From: Octopus bimaculoides
Taxonomy: Eukaryota
NCBI RefSeq assembly: GCF_001194135.2
Contig: NC_069001.1
Span: forward strand, 39,938,862 to 39,984,672
DNA: 45,811 nucleotides
Reading direction: 5' to 3'
The notes beneath the pieces were generated by a model. It was not told the DNA's origin, ran no database searches, and saw only the letters and a list, made by a program, of their open reading frames with translations. Each line of letters opens with the position of its first letter. Position 1 is the first letter of the stretch. Shown piece by piece: positions 1 to 13,427 of this stretch. Position numbers and translations under genes: made by a program.

Positions 1-168
1 CGAATCGTTTTCCAAAAGTTGCTATTTTTATAAATTTATGTTGTATCACACTGACATACACGAATGAATGTGTGTTTATATGATTATATATATGAATGTA
101 ATTATGTGTGCATTTATATAAAATGTAGCAACAATCTAACTTTTCTGTAGAGAAACCTACTGACTTAC

Positions 169-275
169 CTTCTTTTTATAAAGTTGTTTTGTTATATTTC
201 TTGGTACAGTTTTACGAATACGTGACACATGTCATGGCACAGTAAGTGCATATAATCAAGAACTACATAGTACCA
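169..275 (-). other. Putative 5' non-coding first exon/promoter of a fifth paralog (gene E); coding exons would lie left of the window
   Basis: Minus strand reads ...GTACCAAGAAATATAACAAAACAACTTTATAAAAAGAAG|gtaagt (donor at 168). It aligns with the equivalent blocks upstream of genes A-D, and GTACCAAGAAATATAACAAA is identical to gene B. The 5' boundary is approximate. Confidence 0.65.
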
Positions 276-289
276 ACAACATACCGGTC

Positions 290-570
290 AAATATGCATG
301 TTTGTATGTATGTGCATATGTATGAATGTATGTAAAATATGTATATATGCATATATACATATATATATATATACATGTGTGTGTAGTGTAGTGTGTGTAT
401 GTATTCATGTGTGCATGTATACGTATATATGCATATCGATATCAATATCAGTCTCTGTCAACACATACACACGCAAATATGTGCCTGCACACGTACATAT
501 ATGTTCACTGCGTGTGTACTTGTGTGTATGTGTACTTGTGTGTATGTGTACATGTGTGCACATATATTTG
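290..570. repeat. Compound (TA)/(TG)/(TATG) microsatellite
   Basis: Seen directly. It is the source of the spurious YI/CV-rich ORFs in the track. Confidence 0.9.
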
Positions 571-949
571 AGTATGTATTTTCTTCTATATATTGTCATT
601 AGTAATTTATCATCTCTAAAATACTAAGAAATAATCCATTAAACATCCATTCACCACAGCAGTTATATATTTATGTCCAATTTACAAGTCACAATTTCTA
701 TAGAAAAAGTGCCAAGTGCTATTCACAGGGGTGTAGGAGGTGTTTCACATATAGCCGTATTTGTAAGGTATTTAGGTATTTATTGCTGTTGTTGTTGTGT
801 AGTAAAGTTAACTCTGCTCCAACTGAGATCATCCTGTGTCATTATTTCCTATCCATGAAGATATGTTTACTGCCTAATCAAAGCCAGCTGTAGCAACTGT
901 GAACCGTTGCAGAGCAAATTAATAGGTAAAAACAAGGATGTGTCATTGC

Positions 950-1720
950 CCCAGCACTGTTCCTTATCTTCATTGTAACCCACCCTCACTAATCAAAATT
1001 GTCTACAGAGCAGGTAATGGACAATTTAATCTTGTTGGTTTTATGTCCCAAACGAAAACATCTTCCAGACACTTCTTTGGCTTCCTCAGAACATATTTTC
1101 CAACAGGTCCTGAATGCTTGCAACATTGCTTACAGGAAACTTGGACTAATGACCAACTTTAAAAAGACTCACAACATTTACCAAAATTCTCCAAATGAGA
1201 CAAACTAGACAGAGCAATTGATTGATCATGTCAAGGCATCTCTGGTAAAAGTGGACCCCATTCTGTATCTTGGAAGGGACATCTCTAAACTAAAGCTGCA
1301 ATTGACTCTTTGCACGAAATAATGCCAAATTCATCTATATTCAGGTTTTCTATGCCAGAATTCAGGATCGAAAATTCATCTAATTTAACGTGACCTTGAC
1401 CTGTCCAACACATCTCACAAATGACCAAGAATGTTCAGATGACAATTTTGCCTTTCTCGAATCACTTGTCTCAGTTTTCTGCTTTGGTATTATGTACTCA
1501 CCATGTTGCAATCATTGTGACCTTGTTTGGCAGAAAGATCTATCAGATGATTGCAGGTGTGGAATGGTGACGCCACTACCCAAAAAATATAAACTGGGAC
1601 AGAATGAGAAATGAAGAGGCGATGAGAAGAGCTGGCATGGAAAGTTTGCAGGACATATTGGCTGAGCGAAGGATATGGTTTATTGATCATTTGCTTTGAT
1701 TACCACAGGAAAAATATATT
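950..1720 (+). mobile_element. Degenerate RTE-clade LINE fragment (RT C-terminal part)
   Basis: Frameshifted remnants YLGRDIS and NWDRMRNEEAMRRAGMESLQDILAERRIWFIDH match the RTE post-RT region. Many stops; boundaries approximate. Confidence 0.6.
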
Positions 1721-3379
1721 ATCATCGTGTTGGAGTGGATGTAGTATATGTTGTATATGTAGTAATACATATACTATCTGGATTTGTATTATCAAATTAT
1801 CTCCTATTGAAAACAAATTGCCTGACTTTAAGAATACTTGGCAGCAATTTCTAGATTGTCTTTCTATCATGTATCGACCCCCTTCTTTGCAGTTAATTTG
1901 TTTGATTTACTGCTAAGTTCATTATGTTTATTATAGACATGCTACATGCGTTGGTCTCATTTTATTATATCTTAGTAACTGCAGTTTAATAACTGCTTCA
2001 TTAGTGATAAATTATCACACAACACATCTCAGCAGTGAATATATAATATAGATATACTTAAAAGCCTATTACACCAGGTGTTACTTATATTGCTGCAGTC
2101 TTTACGTTAACTATATACATCTGCCTTGCCTTTTCATAGGTGTATAATATAATATATACATGGATGGCATAGGAGTATGTTCAAGGAATCCTCTATGCAA
2201 CCATATTGTTTAGGCTTAATTCCTGCGCGCAGCATCATAAGAAAGCATTTTTTGTAAGAATAACTCCGCGGAGGCTCACAGAATTTGAAAATTGCTTCGG
2301 TAGAAAAAGAGTTTCAGTAAAATATTTGAAGTAAAAAACGGGAGAGTAACGCTTGAAATTGACTTTGTGTTCAATCCATTTTTTTTAAAAATCTATATTT
2401 CACTTTAGCTTATATGATAGATCTTGGCAAGAGGAATCTATCCATGTTACTTATATGCAAAAATATCCAGTAGAAAATAAGGATTGAAGTAAAAACTGGC
2501 AAAAACATGATTAATGATTGAAATCAACTCCAAATATTTTACTTATTTCAAAAGAAAACTGTATTTAAATTCAACTTCTCTGAGAGATCTCTACCAGACG
2601 AATCTGATGACGTCCATTATATATTTAAAAAATTAATAAAAAAGCTACTGGAGCCAATGGGCAAAAGAGAGTGGTAACGCCTCAAATCACCCTCCCCCAT
2701 TTTTTTTACCTCAAATGATAGAACTCATCAAGGCGAGTGTCGTGGTGATAATCTTTTCAAAACATATCATTCACACACGGTAGTGCATGAATAATATTCT
2801 TAAGGTTTATATTATAATGGGAGGCAAAGTTCACAATATCGGCCGAATATCGCCTTCTCCCATTAATTTTTTATTCTTTGTATTGTTTCAGGCGAGGAAA
2901 GAAGTCTTAAGTAAAATACAAGTTCTCAATCAGTTTTATTTACAAGTTACACAGAAGGTGAAGTGTGTTGCTCTAAGTATGCCATCTCAAGCTGTGTGTG
3001 TTCGTTGTATCTTCGTTACGCGGGCCCATTGCCTCTGGAGATACGACATGCAGACTAGCCTGGAGACCTAGCCAGCAAAGTATGTTCAGCAAGCGCCTGC
3101 GGTGAAAAAGAGATAGAATCTGTTTGCTGGGCCCTTATATCCAGTTTGCCATCACGAGCCTCGTTGTGATCTCATGCATGGCAAATGGATGCAGGTGAGG
3201 TCTCGCTCCAGTCTCTTTATGATTTGTACATATTACTTGCATGTTTCCTTTAGGGTTTTGGTGTGCAATGAGTGTTGCGATAATCATTAATTAGATTATG
3301 GGAAATTCTATGTAGGATAAAGTCAAACGTGTTATTTACTAATGTTTTCTTACCTACTTTTTCTCTACTGTGTGAAAAA

Positions 3380-4250
3380 AGAAAGCAAGAAAGAGAACAC
3401 TTGATCAAAACATTTTGTGTAAATGGGATGAAATTCTTCTGTCATTTTGTTCATCTCTACAGAGAATGATGGCTGAAGGTCACTGGTATATTTATCCTCA
3501 TGAAGACTGAAAGTGAAGTCAGGATATTTTCTGAGAATATGTTCCCATATTTTCACCGTTTGATGTAAAATGTTCAGTATGTTCCTTCAAACTATTGTTA
3601 TTGTGTTTGATGTCATGTCTATGTCTGTTGAATCTTTATCTAATTCTTGTTTTTGTTGTGCAGCCAACATACATCAAGTAGTGTTTGGTGCATTCCACAA
3701 TACTCATCAAATGGGAATCCTTATAAAGCCCACCTTCTGTATAAATCATAACATTTCTGTTATAACACGTGATGGAGTTGATTTGATTGACCCCGTTGCA
3801 CAAAGAACAGGGCTTACAGCTCTCGTGGCTGTTTTTTGGGCTAGTGTTCAGAAATTCCAATGGAGTTTTCATTGGGATTTGAGGTACTAGTTAATAGTTC
3901 TCGCATTTCTATTGCATCTAAAGGCTATAATAGGCGGTTGAGGAAATATTTGTTCGACACAAGGATATCTTTCTGAAACACACTTGTAACTTTCATGCAA
4001 CACTTTTGAAATATCAGCGGAATTTTGGTGCAAGTTTACCATTGAAGGAATCCAGTCTAAAATCTTAATTAGGTTGCTAAACTTAGGCGTGAAAATTTGA
4101 CATTCCCTGCTAATTGTAGCTATGTCATTTGCAATTTCCTTTAATCAGGATCCACTTTAATCGTGTTTGATGTAATGGCACACAAAAACATTTCCAATAA
4201 TCCCCTATGTCACTACAAATCCGTTTTATCCTAAAAAGACTTGGGACTTC
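3380..4250 (-). mobile_element. Degenerate Penelope-like element, GIY-YIG endonuclease region
   Basis: ORF 3636-3872 contains EGGLYKDSHLMSIVECTKHYLMYVGCTT (GIY-YIG-like YVG-x-T motif). It is homologous to 8604-8855. Confidence 0.55.
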
Positions 4251-5422
4251 AGATTTGACTTAATTGTATGAAATAAATGATCGGAGCAGTGGTGAAGATA
4301 ATAATGATAATAGTTTCAAATCTTCTCACAACGGCAGCAATTGTAGGTGGAAGCGATTGTGACATCGACCCCAATACCTTACTGGTACTGCATTTTATTG
4401 ATCTCTATAAGATAATAGGCAACGTTGACCCAGGCAGGATTTCAACACAGTTTTTATACAATAAATCCATCTTCATTGATTCTTCTCTCATTTTGTATTT
4501 ATTAGAGATAAAACCCAAGGAGCAACCGCATCAGGATCAACTTCTAGGACATAAGTGTATCATTATATCTCTGAATATTTCATTCCCTATCTAATTATTT
4601 CTAATTAGTCTTTTAAAGCTCCCAGCATTAAAAACAATAACACTAACTTATCTATTAATTTTAGCAATTTGTTTACCTATTTATATATCTAACTGTTTAT
4701 CTATTGTATAGCAGTAAGCATACTTAAGGGACTTTACTTTAGACATGTTGACTATTTATCTGTCTCCCCATGGATTTTTGTATTAAATTTAACAACAACC
4801 TACTTTCAAGCAGATAATCTATCTGAGTGTCATACCTAACATTGTTCCGGTATCAGTGAACAATGCATCACATGAGAATATAAATTCAATATTCATTGAA
4901 TTTGTAACTATTTAATGCTAATTTCATGAATATCTCATTTTCAAGTTAACTAAACAGCATCTTATTCTGTAAAAAAAATTTGTCACAATTAAAAATTCTT
5001 CATTAGTTAAGAATTTGGTTTTGTAAGTAAATGGTTTTCAGTTTCGATTCCTCTTAGTGGTTACTTACAGCATAACTTTGAGTCAATCAAAATTTTGTAA
5101 GTAATATTAGGTACATGGAAACTGTGCGGAAGCCTGTCACAATCACATGCATAGGTTTCCATGCACACACATTGTGTGCACTAATATTTAAATCCGTATT
5201 TGTTGCTTTCTTTATACACCAGAAAAATTTCTAGGAACATTATAATCCTGAAGCCCTTGCTTCAATTTGACTAGGTTTCAATGACTGAATCTGGTACAAT
5301 AATATTAAATCAAAATAATTGAAAGAATTCTTTACAAATGTCACTTTTACAGTTTATTGAACTCCGATTTTGCTTCCTTTTATGGTAAATTTATAATAAT
5401 GCTGAGTCTGTACTTCAATTTA

Positions 5423-6023
5423 TTAGTGTTTACATGCAACTAAGCCTTCAACAGCATATCTTTTGGGGTCTTTAAGTGCGTCATAAATGGACCTACAGTC
5501 TGGAAAAGAACAGAAAGTTAATAAAATAATGATTTCTAATATGAGCATAATGCTCCAAATTAATTGTTGGGTAGGAAGCAGTTGTTTACTCAGCTCAATT
5601 ACTTAACCAGTAATTAATTCATTTATCCTGGAATTATGGAAGCTGAAGTAACTTTGTGTGGGTTCACATTTTATAATAGATTGCTTCCCCAGGAAATCGA
5701 CCCTATAACAGCACTGTATTTATCCCACATTGTTTTTATCCCACATTTTTTTATTTAGTAATATAAGTTCAAAGCCTTGTACGCAGATGAGTTAATGCAC
5801 CTTCTGAGATTCATTTCAGCCAATCATATCTTGTATTGCTTGTGATAAATTATCGCCCAACTTCAGATTCGGTGATAATTTAATATTCTGACAGAACATT
5901 CAATAGAGTTTTCCTTAAAACGACTGTAAGCTTTGTCCTTTGGACCAGACTGTTAAAATACGATTCACTCACATTAAAACTATGCGACAGCAATGCAATA
6001 TATTTTGCAGTCATACAATTTTG

Positions 6024-6055
<32 letters not shown>

Positions 6056-9000
6056 CATGTAATTTGGGTGGTGATCTAATATAGAGTGCCAAAGCGGAGA
6101 TCAGTGTTACAGTTTTGAGTTCGAATCCAGGGCAAGTCTACGCTAGCATTAAAAATATGATGTAAAGATAATAACTATTAAAAAGAACAACCCAGAAAGA
6201 ATGAACTTTCTCAAATATGGCATCAGTTTAACGTTTTAATGGAAAAAAAGTGTGTACTAACGTTTTGGACGTTCATCCTTCATCAGAAAAAGAAGAGAAG
6301 CATATTGAGCATGAGAAAGAGAAATAGTGAGTGTATATAACAGAAAGATGGAAAAAAAACACAGAATGAACTGGAAGGATTAGAGAAATAAGAAAGAAGA
6401 GTTAAGAGAAAAAGAGCAGATGTAATCGGCGCATGTACCAATATACATCTATGTCTGGACATGGATTTAAGAGCGGTGGTGTGTGCATGTGGTTGTTATT
6501 TTGGTGTGTTTATATATGTGTGTGAGAGAGAGAGAGATGAAAGTATGGTAGTGACAGTGAGTGATGGATGGGATGTTGATGTGCAGATATGTGTAATCAT
6601 TGGGTGGTTAGTGTGAAAGTGTGTACACAAAAATCGTGAGTGCAAATGAGTAGGAATAAAAGAATGGAAGAAACACATCGGATGGCAAAAATAGGGTGGT
6701 ATTATTTTTTTGTCTGTAGATACGCATCTTTCGTTTTACTTCTGCCAAGTTATGTGTTTCACCAATTCCTCTACTTCGACACACTCACACATGCCCTCAC
6801 ATCCTCAATTACACTCTATCCTGCTACCCATCCAACAATGGCCTAAAAACAACATCTTCTTATACCCACGAACAATGCCAATATACTTGCACACTCACAA
6901 CATTTTTCTATCACATATTTATGGTTTCAAACAGTCTTCTTATCTTTACTGCAGCCGCATGTAAATTATTTGTCAAAAATCTACTAAAACAGTTTTTGTA
7001 AACGTTATACAAATAATGATTTCTTACCTCGGCACAAAGCTACAATTTTTGTTGGGAAGAAACAGTTTGTTATATTGACACCAATACTTGAATGATATTT
7101 AGTTTCTAGACCAAACACCACAAGGAAATAGTGGGACCAGAGTGGGAGTAACTATCAGGTCATTCGAGCTGTTAGAAATAGCAGCCAAATCTCCCTCAAA
7201 TCAGACCTGTATTTTAGAAAAGGAAGGATCGCTTGATTTGTGCTATTTACTCAATGGCAAAATGACAGGATGGATCATAGGTCTGCTGGAAATGGACTGA
7301 CCTAGGCCTAAACAGCATCATCAAATAATGTTGTCCTGAGTAGACTGGGACTGAATAAAAATGAAATGTTTATGGCTAAAATCCCTTTTAGTATAACACC
7401 ACTTGATCAGAGCAGATCAACAATGACAACAAAATAATAAATATTTCAAAACACAAAATTGTATCTTACATAGATGTTTGCACATTTTGAAGGAGGGTGA
7501 AATCGATTTGATTACTCCGGTACTCTCCTCGTACTCGATAAAGTACCAAGTGAATATTTGAGCAATTAAATAAATTTTCATCTCCCACCAAGATATGTGA
7601 TCTTGTCACCCCATGAGATATCAATATTTCAATGTATTAATAATAATAACAATATTCTATTATTGTGTTCTTACTTATATTAACACTATACACTCTCCAT
7701 AAAACACTGCTCCATCGACATTCGTGCTTCCTGCATCCACGTTTCGTTGCGGTAACCCAAAACGCCCTTCCACAAATACATTTACCCACTACCATGCAGC
7801 CTTTGCAATATGAATTGTGTTCTAAAATAAAGTAAAAAGAGAAATTAGGAAAGCATAAATGTCCAAAGTGGATTATTAATAGTAATAGTACTTAGTACAA
7901 TAAATTTTCCCTGGGCGAAAACCATTTGGTTTGACTCTTAAAGTCAACATAATGTTGCCGAGTTTTGCTGCAGCAACCAATAAATAAATGCTTCTGTATT
8001 GGTTATAACACTCTAGATTTCTTGGGGATTGGTACTAAACCATTTTGTCATACCATGAAGCTGTATTATCTTGGTGTAAGAGTTTATTTCACTCTTCAAA
8101 TAAAGGATCAGAAACTGTTCCTGTTTTCTATACTTCTACTGGTACTCTGAGATATCTTGGTGCCCTGCCATATGAAAAGAATTTGATACTTTTGATTTTG
8201 TATTTTGTAAGTTCATCTGTATCAGGTATCGGTAAAAAATTTTTTATAACATTCAATGATATATTGGCCTAAGATGTTCAAGTATGTTAGAAAAGTGCTC
8301 CCATTTTTGTTTTGTATTTTTCAGCCGTTAGGATTGTTTGGCTTTAGTTTACCTCTATTGAGCTTTTTCTTTCTCTGAGATCCTCGTTAGAAACCTCAAA
8401 GATGGATAGGGAAGTATAACTTTAATTGGCAAAGTCAGCAATGAACAAGATGTCTGAAGTATAGGAATCAAATTTATTTAATGATCTCAAAATGCAATTT
8501 TAGAGCTTCTGTAAAAAAGCATATTAATGTATGGATCTAAGCGCTGAGCATTTACAGAAGAGAATGCAAACTAAATGGAACATAGACCAGCATATTAAAG
8601 AGAATGAAGAATGATTTTTGGCTACAACATTTACCAAACAGTGTATCATTTGGAAATATACCAAAATTTACAGAAACCACCAAACAACTCACACTCAAGA
8701 TTATGAAAAATTATACAGAAGGTGGGATTTATATGGATTCCCATTTGGTGAACACTGCGGAATGCACCAAACACAACTTAATTTATGTTGGATGCACAAC
8801 AAAAAAATGTTTACTCAGTGTAGCACAGAATGTGATCGAACCAAGCATCAAATAATTAAGTAGTGAATTTCTTAATCAAACAAACTATGCTTGGACTGAT
8901 ATTAAATCGATGCCAAAGAGAGGAATCACTGTTATTGTTTAGTTCTTGGTTAAACATGATGAAGCAGACATATGAACAACGGCATTCAAGAATTGACCAT

Positions 9001-9310
9001 CTTTCTGACGACTGTCGAGAATAATTTGAGGGAGATTTGGCTGCTATATTTATAGGTGGAGCTATTGCATGGAGGTGGCTTGTTTCCAGGGTTACTCTAG
9101 TGGAAATGCCTGTAAGCACACATATGATGAAGATTTCAGGCACGTACATGTCCCGACACTTGAGAAGTAAATCATATAGCAACAACAAGTCTTCTTGCAT
9201 GATCTCGTGCTAAATGTTCCACAATAATATTAATACAATAGAAGTGAATACAAACCTGCATCAGTTGGTGCGATAAGCACTATAAACATTATCATCAGAA
9301 CAGCCCTCAT
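5423..9310 (-). CDS. Gene A: secreted 8-cysteine protein, 92 aa, uncharacterised family
   Basis: Coding exons 9310-9256, 7821-7675 and 5499-5423; all introns GT-AG, phase 1. Protein: MRAVLMIMFIVLIAPTDA-EHNSYCKGCMVVGKCICGRAFWVTATKRGCRKHECRWSSVLWRVYSVNI-NCRSIYDALKDPKRYAVEGLVACKH*. The ATG directly follows an acceptor (ttccattgcag|ATG). AATAAA at 5358-5353. Confidence 0.9.
8400..8860 (+). mobile_element. Penelope-like GIY-YIG fragment inside intron of gene A
   Basis: YTEGGIYMDSHLVNTAECTKHNLIYVGCTTKK is homologous to the 3636-3872 relic, in the opposite orientation. Confidence 0.55.
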
Positions 9311-9469
9311 CTGCAATGGAAATGTAAATAAAAGATGAGGTATATTTGCAGTAAAAACTGTGCTATTAGTAAGTTTACTTTACAACTTTATGGCCTTGGA
9401 GTTGACCTTACTGAACAGCACTTTCTACATGTGTTTTCTTCCAGAAATTTGCCACGAACACATATATTT

Positions 9470-9632
9470 GTGTGTGTGTGTGTGTGTGTGTGTGGATGAC
9501 TGGATGGATGGATACCTACCTACCTACCTACCNNNNNNNNNNTGTGGATGACTGGATGGATGGATACCTACCTACCTACCTACCTACCTACCTACCTACC
9601 TACATACATACATACATACATACATACATACT
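9470..9632. repeat. (TG)/(TGGA)/(TACC)/(TACA) compound microsatellite with a 10-N gap
   Basis: Seen directly; gap at 9533-9542. Confidence 0.9.
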
Positions 9633-10229
9633 ATAATGGAGAAAGCTGATTATTAATCAGGTATATAACAATTACTAAAAGTACTAAAAGAAAGCAATTA
9701 TTAATGGGTTGACCATCTGGAAATATTTTTATAAATTCATGTTCTAAGAAATTTCCTATAATTTTGATTGCTCAAGTTTCTTGAATTTTTTTAACTCCAC
9801 TTTCTCGAAAATTTAAATATTCACAAATTTAAATATTCATTGCATTCACTGCTGAGTATTCCATTCTCATTTGCAATGTCTAGCACTTATTCTTTTAAGC
9901 TCTCATTCGCTGTTTGGAAAACCGACAGTTTATTCTATTAATGTATACATAATCTATTATTTATCATTTTATTAATGTATACGTAATTTATTATTTTTTG
10001 AATGAAAATTTTTAAAACATCCGTATAATTTTTGAATGTGGGATAGCTGTGAGAAGAGCCTAGAAAGTTGGGCAATTACTATTAGAAGACAGGAAGAAAA
10101 AAGTTACCAACAAGTACTCAAAACTTGCACCTTATTCACAGTTTCTAAACACTCTGTACTACTAAGCAGATTTATACACAAACATAGGACGGTGAGCTGG
10201 TAGAATTGTTAGCACGCTGGGCGAAATAA

Positions 10230-11830
10230 CTAAAATCCATAAATGCAAAAGGACAAATGATGCCTGTAAATCCTCAACAAACAAATACATACATCTAACA
10301 CCTCCAGATGATCTAAAATTGAGACCAACCATAGCAGACTTGGCATGGGAAACACAGGCTCAGCATCTTGGAATCCTCTTAGAACACATACAGAGATACA
10401 TACGAGATGATCTAGACATGCTAAACCATCTGCCAAAAACGGTAAATAAACATACAATTTTTACTTTGTTTGATGTTGTTAACCTATACACCAACATTCC
10501 CCATGATTGTGGAATAACTACAATCCTATACTGGTTCGACACTCACAAATCTGAACTGCCAGCACGCATACAAAAAGATTTTATCATTGAAGAACTCAGA
10601 TTCATACTTCAAAACAACTTTTTTTACCTTCAATGGTTCGGATTATTGCCAAACATCAGACACGGCTTTGGATATGATAGTAGTCCCTACATACACCCCC
10701 TTAGTTATGGGATTCCACGAACAAAAAATATACATCCAGTCTCTTCTAACATTTGGTGACACGTTCCATACAGAACTCAGAAACAACTGGAAAAGATACC
10801 TGGATGATTGCTTTGGACTGACAAGTTAATTGAATTCAAAAACATGATAAACGACCTTAGCATTAACATCCAATTCCCAATGGAGTTTAATCCCAAAGAA
10901 CTTGCCTCTCTCGATATCCTAATTAAAAACCAAGATAGGAAAATAGAAATGGACATATCCTACAAGCCCACCGACTCCAAACAGTACCTTCTTTTCACAT
11001 CATGTCACCCGAAACACACCAAACTCAACATTCCTTTCAACCTGACAAAACGAATTTGTACCATAGTATCAGAACCATCCAAATGTGAATAAAGACTAGA
11101 GGAACTGAAGGACACACTTATCCAAAGGCCCTTTCCCCCTAGCATAATCACCAACGGAATAAACAAGGTGAAACAAATGGATATCAATGAACACAGGAAA
11201 GCAAAAAATAAAAGAAAGAAAAATGTCTTACCATTCATGTCAATCTTCAATCCCAGGAATGCCGAAATATTTGATCACATCCACAAAAACCTCCCATCTT
11301 ATTTGCAAATGAAAAAATGAGAAAAATCTTAGAAAGACAACAATATCATCAAAAGCAAAAGGCAGCCCAAAACACTAAAACTCATTCTTACTGAAGCAAA
11401 AACACAAAGAAACCCCCAAGCCAACGGTTACAAAATGCGGGAGGACAAACTGCAGCACTTGCCTTTACCTAATTGAGGGACCAGAATTTAAATTTAAAGA
11501 TGGCTAAACCTTCAAAGTCAAGTCCAATCTCACCTGCAACACTGAAAACCTGAACTACATAATCGCATGCAATGGTTGCCAACAATTTCATAGGTCAGAC
11601 AGGTGGATCATTACGCAACAGAAGAACAACCCATCACCAACAGATCCGAGACAAAAGCACAAGAAAATTTCCTTGAAACAGCCACATTGTAACCTGTGCA
11701 GGAATGGTCTTACCTAATTTCAAAATATTTCCCCTCTACTCAGTGAATCTGAGATTCCTTCAATCAACAACAAAGACTGAATAAAGAAAGACAATTTATC
11801 AACAAGTATAAACCACAATTAAATATAGAC
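10230..11830 (+). mobile_element. 5'-truncated, frameshifted Penelope-like retroelement (RT + GIY-YIG) in intron 1 of gene A
   Basis: RT motifs FDVVNLYTNIP, WKRYLDD, LDILI and YKPTDSKQYLLFTSCHPKHTKLNIPFNLTKRICTIVS, followed by a Cys/His-rich GIY-YIG remnant. Split over several frames. Confidence 0.85.
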
Positions 11831-12016
11831 CCAACCACAGACACTTAAAAACAATTTTATACACATCATCATTTTTATAAAATACTTCCCATCATCTCCC
11901 AAATCATCTTTCAATATACATATATGCCAGCACACACACACACACACACACACAAGCATACACAAAAAATGAAACATCACAAAAAACACACACACAAACA
12001 CACACACACATAACTT

Positions 12017-12680
12017 TATAATTATAATTATAATTAAGGGTACCGGATAGTTCCAGAATTGCTGGAAATAAGAGTCGAAAAATACTCAAATAAGCTACAA
12101 TATCACTTAAAATTTAACATGCTGATAAAATTGAGGAGCGAGTAAAAAGTCAACCTAACCATTGCAGGAGAAAAATGCAAATGAATTTACAGATATACCC
12201 ATATCACGTGATTTCAAACCCTGAGATAATACTCTTAGTCCTCATCAGTAGGTCTTGCTGCCTGAGGTTAAACTAACACCCGCTTCATCATGCTTGTTAA
12301 AATCGTTGAAACACTAGCTCCAAATTCAAACAATAGAAGTGTATAATTATACATAAATAGATATTATTATCGATGAATAATAAGTGGTTAACAGGGATAA
12401 CAGCCAAAAAATCAAATTTCTAAAATTTATAATTATAATTAAGGGTATTGGATAATATATACGTTGCTAGAAATACGAGTCGAAATCACGTGATGTGGGT
12501 ATATCTGCAAATTCATTTGCATTTTTCTCCTTCAATGGTAACGTCGACTTTTTACTCGCTCCTCAATTTCATCAGCATGTTAAATTTTAAGTGATATTGT
12601 GGCTTAGTTGTGTATTTTGCGACTCGTATTTCTAACAGATCTGGTATTATCCAGTACCTTTAATTATAATTATAATTATA
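12017..12680. repeat. 199-bp inverted repeat (12017-12215 / 12482-12680) with (TATAAT)n ends; Penelope pseudo-LTR-like
   Basis: The arms are reverse complements with scattered mismatches. A short direct copy of the arm start lies at about 12425-12480. Confidence 0.85.
12197..12253 (-). ncRNA. Minimal type I hammerhead ribozyme motif
   Basis: Minus strand: ACCTA-CTGATGA-GGACTAAGAG TATTAT CTCAGGGTTT-GAAA-TCACGTGA-TA-TGGGT. Both core boxes are intact, stem I is 5 bp, stem II is symmetric with G-U pairs, and stem III is palindromic, as described for Penelope-element hammerheads. Confidence 0.65.
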
Positions 12681-13386
12681 AACTCATAGATTTACCTTTT
12701 TGGTTTTATGCTTAATAGCCACTTATATAATTTTTATATATTAATAATAACATCTTTACTTATGTATATATGTATGCACACACACACACATATACACGTA
12801 CATATGTGTATGCATGTATGTATAATAAAAAAAGTACAAAAAAGAACAGAGCAGCAAACAGGGTGTATTAGTTTAACATTTATGAAACATGAAATAAATC
12901 TTCAATGTTTCGGGCTGATGCTCTTTCACAGAAAGGAATGAGGAAAGAAAAATGCATCTGAATTAATGGTTACTCCATGTGGAACTGACTGGAGAGAAGG
13001 AATTGATTGAAATAATGGGTGCCAAGGGAGGTAAGTGTGATTTGGCAAAGGTGTGCTCGTGTATGTGTGTGTTCATATAGTTACAAATATAGAAATGTTT
13101 CTTATATAGAACATATTCAAATACACCAACATAAGGAATATTGGTAATTAACTCCAACCAAAACTTCCACAAAATGTAAATATTAGAGACTTGACATGAT
13201 TCTTTGGGACAGAAAACAAAAATTATGTAATATCGTAGAGGTTATCTTTGCAGCGGATGTGAAGTTTTAATTCAAAATTAACGAGAAACACTAGATTTAT
13301 TGCGAAATTATAACCAAGAACATATATAATCATGAACTACATGAGACCAACAACATATTTATCTATCAAACATGTATTTAAGTATG

Positions 13387-13427
<41 letters not shown>

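Noticed and set aside
263-627. Cys/His/Tyr-rich ORFs (also 11819-12089, 18122-18598, 20763-21006)
   Set aside because: Translations of dinucleotide and tetranucleotide microsatellites.
701-772. Cys-rich frame KSAKCYSQGCRRCFTYSRICK between a possible AG and GT
   Set aside because: It does not match the family Cys spacing or phase, and no partner exons were found.
2870-3230. GC-richer island with acceptor- and donor-like sites
   Set aside because: Stops in all frames and no recognisable homology; probably an unclassified repeat.
7972-8076. Plus-strand exon-like stretch QPINKCFCIGY...YLG|gtaag
   Set aside because: Antisense within gene A intron, phase 0, no homology and no linked exons; likely chance.
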